A model generated the notes under the pieces. That model saw only the letters and a list, made by a program, of their open reading frames with translations, was not told where the DNA came from and did no database searches. A DNA stretch of 10,216 nucleotides, taken from contig JASLKH010000034.1 in NCBI GenBank assembly GCA_030747675.1, positions 1-10,216 of the forward strand, given 5' to 3'. The stretch is from Candidatus Thalassarchaeaceae archaeon (GTDB taxonomy: Archaea > Thermoplasmatota > Poseidoniia > Poseidoniales > Thalassarchaeaceae). Within the stretch, counting starts at the first letter, position 1, and each line of letters starts with the position of its first letter. Shown here one piece after another: positions 1 to 6,591 of the stretch. The translations under genes and the position numbers were made by a program.

Positions 1-67
1 AACCGCCTATGCCTGCACAATACGTGGCTCAACCGCCTATGCCTGCACAATACGTGGCTCAACCGCC
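1..67 (+). repeat. Perfect 30-bp tandem repeat, at least 2.2 copies, coding
   Basis: aaccgcctatgcctgcacaatacgtggctc at 1-30 and 31-60 (identical), plus aaccgcc at 61-67. Encodes QPPMPAQYVA units. No spacers. May continue left of the window. Confidence 0.97.
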
Positions 68-110
68 ACAAGTAAATCAAACAAACAATCTACCCCCGCC
101 GCCCAAATAG
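1..110 (+). CDS. Partial CDS (3' end only): Pro/Gln-rich low-complexity C-terminal tail of an unknown protein
   Basis: Not in the ORF track. The frame starting at nt 3 reads PPMPAQYVAQPPMPAQYVAQPPQVNQTNNLPPPPK, then TAG at 108-110. It is open from the window edge, the 30-bp repeat keeps frame, and the stop lies 10 bp from the convergent thiolase stop. Confidence 0.8.
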   Translation, partial: PPMPAQYVAQPPMPAQYVAQPPQVNQTNNLPPPPK

Positions 111-120
111 CCTCATTTAA

Positions 121-1272
121 TCAGGATTCTATGAGCATTGCAACGGCATTTCCACCACCAAGACAAAGGGTTACTATTCCTTTACCGCCACCTACACGAT
201 GAAGGGCATTCATTAGTGTCATCAAGCATCTTGCACCAGTTGCTCCCAATGGATGGCCAATTGCAACTGCTCCTCCGTGGGGGTTGAATTTTTCATCGGG
301 TATGCCACAGCCCTTGGATACTGCGCAAGAAGCGGCCGCGAAGGCCTCATTGTGTTCAATAAAGGTCATATCATTCATGGACAATTCATTGCGTTCTAGA
401 AGTGTGTTTACTGCAGAGATAGGGGCTGCCATCACACGAGAGGGAGTTACTCCTGAAGTGCAATAATCCAATACTGTCGCCAATATAGGCCAATTGTTTT
501 CAATTGCCGCTTCCTTATTCGCAACCAATACAGCTGCTGCACCGTCTGAAAGTTGACTCGCATTTCCTGCAGTTACTCGGCCATCTGAAGTAAATGCTGT
601 ACGCATTTCACTCAATGCTTCAATGTTTGAATCTGCACGAATACCCTCATCATAATCCAACTCAGGTAACGAGAATACTTCGAAATCCATCCAGCCATTG
701 TCCCATGCTGTCTTTGCCAATTGATGAGATCGGACAGAAAACCCATCCGCTTCTTCTCTAGAAATGTCATATTCTAATGAAACGGTTTCACCAGTATTCC
801 CCATGTGTTCATCATTGTATACATCCCAAAGTCCATCGTGAATCATAGTTGATTGCATCTCACCAAATTCAATCTTAGATATTTTATGACCAAAATAAGG
901 GGCATTTGTCATTGATTCCATTCCACCTGCAATGATAACATTATATTCTCCTGCCTTGATACTGTTTGCAGCCATCATTACTGCTTTTAGCGAAGAACCA
1001 CACACTTTGTTGATTGTAGTTGCAGGGGTGCTGTCAGGTAAACCAGCCCCCAAAGCCACTTGCCTCGCGGGTGCTTGACCTGAACCGGCTTGCAACACTT
1101 GGCCAAACAGTACTTCATCAACAATCTCGCTAGAGGGATTGATATTAGCCCTCTTTAACAACTCAGAAACTGTGAAAATACCCAATTCAATTGCGCTCTT
1201 ACCTGCAAGAGAACCACGGTAGCGGCCCACAGGAGTGCGAGCCACGGCACAAATCACAACCTCGCTCATCAT
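121..1272 (-). CDS. atoB: Acetyl-CoA C-acetyltransferase (thiolase, bacterial-like CNH type)
   Basis: Motifs: ARTPVG, INKVCGSSL (nucleophile Cys), AGGMESM, TAGNASQLSDGAAA, NEAF, GHPLGATG and LCLGGG. Start set to ATG 1272 (or 1269) rather than the track's TTG 1299, because the thiolase fold begins at MSEVVICAVARTP and a TATA-like element overlaps 1299. The symbol is family-level only. Confidence 0.96.
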   Translation of the reverse strand: MMSEVVICAVARTPVGRYRGSLAGKSAIELGIFTVSELLKRANINPSSEIVDEVLFGQVLQAGSGQAPARQVALGAGLPDSTPATTINKVCGSSLKAVMMAANSIKAGEYNVIIAGGMESMTNAPYFGHKISKIEFGEMQSTMIHDGLWDVYNDEHMGNTGETVSLEYDISREEADGFSVRSHQLAKTAWDNGWMDFEVFSLPELDYDEGIRADSNIEALSEMRTAFTSDGRVTAGNASQLSDGAAAVLVANKEAAIENNWPILATVLDYCTSGVTPSRVMAAPISAVNTLLERNELSMNDMTFIEHNEAFAAASCAVSKGCGIPDEKFNPHGGAVAIGHPLGATGARCLMTLMNALHRVGGGKGIVTLCLGGGNAVAMLIES

Positions 1273-1293
1273 GTCTAGCAGTGGGACTTGGTC

Positions 1294-1300
1294 TATCAAA
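1294..1300 (-). promoter_or_regulatory. Putative archaeal TATA-like element (TTTGATA) for a leaderless thiolase transcript
   Basis: Ends 21 nt upstream of ATG 1272, the same spacing seen at the GST and GT4 starts. TTAAAA at 1308-1313 is an alternative candidate. Confidence 0.4.
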
Positions 1301-1330
1301 CCACGCCTTTTAATTTCACTAATAATGTCT

Positions 1331-1351
1331 ATTTGGCCAAATTGATATCAA
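1331..1351. promoter_or_regulatory. Two abutting perfect palindromes, possible operator
   Basis: ATTTGGCCAAAT (1331-1342) and TTGATATCAA (1342-1351) lie in the GST-thiolase intergenic region, upstream of the thiolase promoter. Confidence 0.35.
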
Positions 1352-1362
1352 ATAATTGAAAG

Positions 1363-2076
1363 TTAATTTTTTTGTTGTTCAAAGGCATCTGGATGGAAGG
1401 TCCACCTGATTTCATCTTTCAAAAAGTTCTGATAATACCTATGAATTCGAGGCTCATTTGATACTTTAGAATGGTATTCTAAGAGAGGTGGATAATCCAA
1501 TAATACTGAGGCTTCAATACCATCGTAATTTCCAGAAAAAAGACCAAATAATTCTGTGAATAGTTTCAGATCTGCGATACTCATTTCATCCGTTGCTGCA
1601 GCCCATCCTGTTTCAGATTGGGCTATCTTTCTTGATAGCAATTTAAGATTAAAAGTGCCCGCACCTTGTGGCTCAAATAATTCCTTTCTCAATTGAATTC
1701 GTTTCTTAATATCTGAAATTCCAAATGTAGAATCAAGTGCTCGCGCTAGTGGTCCCATGCCCTCGATGAATTCGTCAACTTTTGCCGCTTGATAGGGGTT
1801 TTCAGGTATTAAACCGGCTTCACGCCCTGCAAATCTCAGTATTGCTGAAGATTCAGCAATAGTTCCGAACGGTGTTTTCAATATAGGTAACATATCCCAT
1901 GGTAAATCACCACTATTCTTCATGATTTCATATCCTACACTACTGACTTCAACATCTTCCCAAGGCAATTTCGATAATGCAAGTGCAACACGACTTGCTT
2001 CAGCGCGACCAGGTACTGGGAAATAGTGTAAACTGTATTCATAAATCACTTTTGCAATACTTCTTTTTCTAGCCAT
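1363..2076 (-). CDS. gst: Glutathione S-transferase family protein, Tyr-type (sigma-like)
   Basis: N-terminal LHYFPVPGRAEASRVAL (YF..GRAE signature), LPILKT (cis-Pro), IAESSAILRFAGR (E/Q-S G-site motif), and C-domain N-cap motif SIADLKLF; 237 aa. Confidence 0.92.
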   Translation of the reverse strand: MARKRSIAKVIYEYSLHYFPVPGRAEASRVALALSKLPWEDVEVSSVGYEIMKNSGDLPWDMLPILKTPFGTIAESSAILRFAGREAGLIPENPYQAAKVDEFIEGMGPLARALDSTFGISDIKKRIQLRKELFEPQGAGTFNLKLLSRKIAQSETGWAAATDEMSIADLKLFTELFGLFSGNYDGIEASVLLDYPPLLEYHSKVSNEPRIHRYYQNFLKDEIRWTFHPDAFEQQKN

Positions 2077-2095
2077 ATGTGCTCGGTGTGAAGAA

Positions 2096-2103
2096 CTATA
2101 TTC
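2096..2103 (-). promoter_or_regulatory. Putative TATA-like element (GAATATAG) for the GST gene
   Basis: AATATA core (2102-2097) ends 20 nt upstream of ATG 2076, is preceded by purine-rich GAAATAACT (BRE-like), and no SD is present. Confidence 0.4.
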
Positions 2104-2134
2104 AGTTATTTCGGAAATTATTAGGTGTATGCAA

Positions 2135-3511
2135 TTATTCCTCTTCAGTCACATCTTGAGTTGAATTATACCATTCCTCGAGATATTCAACCCGTGCAGC
2201 ATTTAGTCCCAAATTTTTGGCCTGTAATGAAAGCAACTTTCTTTCATTTTCTGTAAGAATACCATCGTCCATGACCATTGAATAGGCTTCGATGTAACTT
2301 TCTTCAGCTTTGGTGAACGATTCAGGCATTAAACGGCTGGAAAAACCATTGATTGTAGCATAAATTGGCTTGCGGAGAACGATTAATGGGAGTCCAATGA
2401 TGATACCTCCAAGTGTTCCGAATCCCGTTAAATTCTCCATTAATTCCGTGGCCACCAATAGTAAAACAGCCCCTAAAGTTGCAAATATTGTTGCACTGAA
2501 TGTCTTTCGAAGACGCTCATCAATTCCGAGCACCTCATTCTTAAGGATAGCATATGTGAACATGATTCCTTCGAACATTCCAGCAAAGAGGACACTAAAC
2601 AGGAATCCATAGAGACCATAGAAGAAGAATTTCAAGTCCGCATTGACTCCTACAGTGATTAAATCAACTGTATTGAACGTACCAAATTTGATAGTGATAA
2701 AAACCATGAAGAACACCATCAAACCTTGGAAGAATGCCTTGCCTCCAAACCCAATTGCTAGCGCTCTAGCTTCAGTCGCTTTATTTCCAGATTCTTCTCC
2801 ATCTCCATCATGCTCAAGCCCTTTCTGTGCACTACGCATGAAGGCAAGAGCTGCAAATGCAGCTAAAGTTGGTGCAAATAGTAGGAGTTTACCTAAACCA
2901 GACTGTTCAACCACGACATACTCGTAAGGAATTGTTCCTGGATCATCAAGACAGACTGCCTCATACTGTTCGGCACCGGTTGAAGGGGTCACGACTGCGT
3001 CGCCTCCTGCTTCTTGACAACTGACATGCTGTGAGCCATTGAAAGTCTCGTAAATCCCTCCAGATGAGACAATAAGTGAAGTCATGACTACAATGGCAAT
3101 TACAGGTAATGCCCAATACAAGTTCTCCTTGATTTTGTCCTTGGTCATGAAACTAAGGAATTTTACTGGATAGAATGATGACAATGATAGATACATTAGA
3201 ATTGACAAGAATGCAAGTGTGTAGTATATGGCCCGCCAATATTGGACTAGCGGTAAGATTTCAGGGCCGAATGGATAAATGGCATACCATGCAACAATTG
3301 TCTTCAAACCTTCAACAAAAAGCATCATGGCCATGAAGCGGTTCTCAGAAGATTCTGGCCTAGCACGAATAATCATTGAAGCAAGTGTGAACAAGAAAAT
3401 CATCGTAATGAAAGAAAGAATGGCATGAATCATACTGACGCCAGTCCAAGAGTATTGGAAATCAATTTCGCTGACGTGTCGAATAAAATACGCAAAAGCG
3501 CTCTCAGACAT
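2135..3511 (-). CDS. Polytopic (about 9 TM) membrane protein, sensor-like, with C-terminal TerB-like domain
   Basis: About nine hydrophobic segments, a Cys-pair loop (CQEAGG...VCLDDPG), a YAILKNEVLGIDERLRK motif and a soluble tail YSMVMDDGILTENERKLLSLQAKNLGL. ATG 3511 (MSESAF, 458 aa) is preferred over the track's TTG 3544. The CDS is secure; the function is inferred. Confidence 0.85.
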   Translation of the reverse strand: MSESAFAYFIRHVSEIDFQYSWTGVSMIHAILSFITMIFLFTLASMIIRARPESSENRFMAMMLFVEGLKTIVAWYAIYPFGPEILPLVQYWRAIYYTLAFLSILMYLSLSSFYPVKFLSFMTKDKIKENLYWALPVIAIVVMTSLIVSSGGIYETFNGSQHVSCQEAGGDAVVTPSTGAEQYEAVCLDDPGTIPYEYVVVEQSGLGKLLLFAPTLAAFAALAFMRSAQKGLEHDGDGEESGNKATEARALAIGFGGKAFFQGLMVFFMVFITIKFGTFNTVDLITVGVNADLKFFFYGLYGFLFSVLFAGMFEGIMFTYAILKNEVLGIDERLRKTFSATIFATLGAVLLLVATELMENLTGFGTLGGIIIGLPLIVLRKPIYATINGFSSRLMPESFTKAEESYIEAYSMVMDDGILTENERKLLSLQAKNLGLNAARVEYLEEWYNSTQDVTEEE

Positions 3512-3603
3512 GATATTCAGGGCTAGCAGCCTAACTCTAAGCAAAAACTTACCCTACAAAAAGGGGGAGAATGGGGTGAATTCTGATGATTTTCAAAAAT
3601 CGG

Positions 3604-4746
3604 CTACTTTGTAATATTTGACCATGCTTCATGGATTTTTGATGCCCAGTTTCTAATGCTGAAATTAGTTGAATGCGATAAAGCAATTTCGCAGGGTTGC
3701 CTACGTCCCCTTTTTAGTGCGCTTTCTGCAATTTCTATAACAGAATCCACCCATGAATCTAGTGTATCATAAGGGAGGAGCCATGGTTCAGGTGCAACCT
3801 CATTATGCGCAGGACGGTTTGCACTTCGAACTGGACAACCTGAAGCCATTGCTTCAAGTGGAGGTAATCCAAACCCTTCGGCAAGGCTTGGGAAAAGGAG
3901 TGCGTCACAATGTTGGTAAAAACTATACAATTCGGTATCAGATATTTTCCCTTCCCAATTTATGGCCACGCCATATGATGATGCTTTTGCTCTTAATTCG
4001 CGACATTTCTTGGGAGAAGATTCTGCGCCGACTTTGTGAAGAACCACTCTTTCTCGTACATCCGAAGGAAGGTGGCCGAGTACTTCAACTAAGAAATCTA
4101 AACGCTTTCGAGGTTCTTCACTTCCAACGTACAACAAATTCACCTGATCATAATCTACAGCAACGGGTTTAGGTAACGGATACGAATATGGATTATATCC
4201 TTCGACATCAATAGCATGAGGGAGTACTGACACAGCCTTATTTGGCCACAATTCCCTGACTTCTAATGCTGTAGCTTCTGAAATACAAATCAATAAATCG
4301 GCCCTTTGCAAACCTTTTCGAATATGTTTCAAATCCATTGAACGGATGAATCCAGGTGAATTTTTCCCAACGTTTACAATACCATAAGACGATTTTACTT
4401 TACGAGGTCTAAGATGAAATAAATCGTGCACTGTCACACTAACTGGTATGGGAGATTTATGAGGAACTAAATGCGCCTGTTCTTGATCAGAAATATGTAA
4501 AATAGATTTAGAACTTTTCCCAGATTCCTCCTGTGTAATTCTAGCCACATCTCGAGGGTGGTCAAAACGGCGGCGGCGCCATCTTTGGAACGCATTACCA
4601 TTCAAATCATGTTCAATTACACTCGCCAGTGAGAAATCTTTCACTTGCCCCGACTCTAATCGAGTGACCAATTCATGGTGAGCCCGACCAAGCCCACTTG
4701 CACGTGGTAGTGCACCACCTCTAGCGACTAGAACTCGGCGAGCCAT
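3604..4746 (-). CDS. Glycosyltransferase family 4 (GT-B; RfaB/MtfB-like)
   Basis: Motifs: TVHDL, ICISEATA, LLYVGSEEPRKRLD, ALLFPSLAEGFGLPPLEAMASG (E-x7-E). Start ATG 4746 (MARRVLVARGG, 380 aa) is preferred to 4818, which would overlap the divergent gene. Confidence 0.95.
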   Translation of the reverse strand: MARRVLVARGGALPRASGLGRAHHELVTRLESGQVKDFSLASVIEHDLNGNAFQRWRRRRFDHPRDVARITQEESGKSSKSILHISDQEQAHLVPHKSPIPVSVTVHDLFHLRPRKVKSSYGIVNVGKNSPGFIRSMDLKHIRKGLQRADLLICISEATALEVRELWPNKAVSVLPHAIDVEGYNPYSYPLPKPVAVDYDQVNLLYVGSEEPRKRLDFLVEVLGHLPSDVRERVVLHKVGAESSPKKCRELRAKASSYGVAINWEGKISDTELYSFYQHCDALLFPSLAEGFGLPPLEAMASGCPVRSANRPAHNEVAPEPWLLPYDTLDSWVDSVIEIAESALKRGRRQPCEIALSHSTNFSIRNWASKIHEAWSNITK

Positions 4747-4766
4747 AGCACCGCGAACCCATGCTG

Positions 4767-4774
4767 ATATTAAA
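4767..4774. promoter_or_regulatory. Putative bidirectional TATA element (ATATTAAA / TTTAATAT)
   Basis: The only AT-rich block in the 49-bp divergent gap. On each strand the first T of the TATA-like run lies 28 nt upstream of the start (ATG 4746 on -, GTG 4796 on +). Confidence 0.6.
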
Positions 4775-4795
4775 CGGAAGAGCGGAGGCGCATCT

Positions 4796-6016
4796 GTGGA
4801 CGGGCATTCTGAGGCCAAGCCTCACATCTTGGTGGTGAAAGGCACTTTCGAACAATTCGGAGGTGCTGAAAGAGATTTATTGAATAATTTACATGCATGG
4901 CAAGAACATTTTCACATTACTCTAGCAACTCTAAATCTTCCAACCGAAGCAAGAAAGAAATTAGATGCATTGAACATTCTTTACCTCACACCAATTGTTG
5001 CTTGGAAAAAACCCACAGGTGCTTGGGCTGAATTCCGCGCAGTAGCCTCAAGAAAGGCGTCAAATCGTTGGTGGAATATGTTAGAATTAACCGAACAAGG
5101 ATTACGATTGCAAGACGTATTGGCAACTAGCGATGTAGTTCATCTGACCAGCGGCGTTGGTAGTTTAGAATTCAGTCAAATGGTCACTAATGATTTACCC
5201 ATCCACTATCATTGTTTGGAACCTCATCGAGGTTTGCATGAGGACGTTTTACATCGGAATATGGATGGAACTCCTAAGCAAAACCTTACATTAACAAAAT
5301 TTCTACTTGGAAAACAACGTCGAAGAGATGTTTCAATGACGCACGATTTGATTGATCGGAACAATTCTGCTATCAGTGGGAATTCCCCTTGGATTCAGGA
5401 AAGAATTGAAATTGTATACGGAGAGAAAGCAGGGTTACTATGGCCATCTGTAAATCTGGATGTGTGGTCTGGAGATTGTCCTACAATCGAAGATAGTGTG
5501 GTTGCAATTGGAAATGCATCCTATGTCAAAGGAACCATGGATACCATCGACATGCTTGCTGGAACAGGATTGGTCTACCACCATGTGGGTGGGGGGTCAC
5601 CAGAAGATATCAAAAAAATAGAGGAATACGCAAACAAAAATGATGTCGATATCATTGTTGAGCCTAGACTTTCCCAAGATGATCTCGTTATGCTCGTCAA
5701 GCGCTCTCTAGCTGTTGTTTCTCTCGCACGTGGGGAACCATTTGGGTTAACGCCCATCGAAGCTCAGGCAGCTGGAACCCCAGCTCTGATGGTTGATGAA
5801 GGTGGATACAAACATACTGTCGCGGATGGTGTTTCTGGCCGCCTGTTGCCTCGTGGAGATTGGGGGGCATGGCACACTGCACTAGATCAGGCAAGAAATT
5901 CTGAAACTCGTAAGGCATGGGCTGAAGCGGGACAAAAAAATATCTCGGAAATCGGTTTATTGCCTGAAGATCAGGCTAATGCATTGAATCAAATAATTTC
6001 AAATATAAGAGATTAA
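4796..6016 (+). CDS. Glycosyltransferase family 4 (GT-B; ALG2/WbaZ-like)
   Basis: Motifs: HILVVKG..GGAER, HYHCLEPHR, NSPWIQERI, EPFGLTPIEAQAAGTP, GGYKHTVADGVSG. GTG start with GGAGG at 4784-4788; the first beta-strand requires a start at or near 4796. Confidence 0.95.
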   Translation: MDGHSEAKPHILVVKGTFEQFGGAERDLLNNLHAWQEHFHITLATLNLPTEARKKLDALNILYLTPIVAWKKPTGAWAEFRAVASRKASNRWWNMLELTEQGLRLQDVLATSDVVHLTSGVGSLEFSQMVTNDLPIHYHCLEPHRGLHEDVLHRNMDGTPKQNLTLTKFLLGKQRRRDVSMTHDLIDRNNSAISGNSPWIQERIEIVYGEKAGLLWPSVNLDVWSGDCPTIEDSVVAIGNASYVKGTMDTIDMLAGTGLVYHHVGGGSPEDIKKIEEYANKNDVDIIVEPRLSQDDLVMLVKRSLAVVSLARGEPFGLTPIEAQAAGTPALMVDEGGYKHTVADGVSGRLLPRGDWGAWHTALDQARNSETRKAWAEAGQKNISEIGLLPEDQANALNQIISNIRD

Positions 6017-6591
6017 GATTTTACCTTCTCACCCTTAGGTTGTACAAAAATCACAACCAATAATGCTGTCAACGAGAAGGACATTAATAGCACTGAAAGG
6101 CCGAATGAGAGAGATGGCGCATTATCAAAATGAGGCCAAATTCCGAACACATCTCCAACGGTCTCTCCGCGAGTCATGACACTACCAATTGATCCCAACA
6201 TGGCCGCAGTTGTATATCCAGCACAAACAATACCAGTATGTATAAGACCCATTTTTCGATTTGACCACATCTCTGGACCCCAAGTTCTCCGACCATGGAT
6301 TACTCCAATCCAAAGACCGAGACAAAGGCCTGAAAGAAGCATCTTATTGACCAATATAGGTGAAGAAGATGCGTCGCCTGCAGCATTGCCTGTAATGGCA
6401 ACAATCGGAATACAGCAAAGAGAAAATATCGCAGCGAAATATCCTGCGTGATCCAATCCTCTTTGCGCGCGTTCACCTACTTTTCGAAACACTGATTCAC
6501 CGAAGCACAATACTGTGGCAACAACAGAGAATGTCATTGAACCAACCAACATTTCTGTGCTGAACGCATGCAATGTAGCTGCTGCAATCAT
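6013..6591 (-). CDS. About 5-TM membrane protein, DUF2231-like (third gene of the coupled operon)
   Basis: ATG 6591 overlaps the upstream TGA (TGATG), with GGAGGTG at 6599-6605, so 6591 is preferred over 6645; 192 aa. The pattern LHAF..EM.VG / AITG / LGSIGSVMTRG recalls the DUF2231 HP..VHFP / A..TG / G..GG.LV pattern. CDS confident, family tentative. Confidence 0.75.
   Translation of the reverse strand: MIAAATLHAFSTEMLVGSMTFSVVATVLCFGESVFRKVGERAQRGLDHAGYFAAIFSLCCIPIVAITGNAAGDASSSPILVNKMLLSGLCLGLWIGVIHGRRTWGPEMWSNRKMGLIHTGIVCAGYTTAAMLGSIGSVMTRGETVGDVFGIWPHFDNAPSLSFGLSVLLMSFSLTALLVVIFVQPKGEKVKS

Noticed and set aside
1-67. 30-bp repeat as a CRISPR array
   Set aside because: The units are directly adjacent with no spacers and translate in frame as a protein repeat.
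121-1272. Slightly short loops and the EHNEAF variant in the thiolase as a sign of novel chemistry
   Set aside because: All catalytic residues (Cys, Asn, His, Cys) are intact; the differences cannot be told from normal family variation without an alignment.
1273-1299. Track's TTG start at 1299 for the thiolase
   Set aside because: It adds a non-homologous N-terminal extension and overlaps the TATA-like element; ATG 1272 or 1269 fits the fold.
1276-3530. Shared CTGCTAG heptamer just upstream of the thiolase and membrane-protein ATGs
   Set aside because: Only two copies at different spacings, so chance cannot be excluded.
3545-3603. ncRNA or hairpin terminator in the intergenic gap
   Set aside because: No convincing stem or tRNA-like fold; only short T-runs on the minus strand, compatible with archaeal termination but not diagnostic.
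4747-4818. Track's 4818 start for the minus-strand GT4
   Set aside because: It would overlap the divergent gene and span the shared promoter region; ATG 4746 starts at the first beta-strand.
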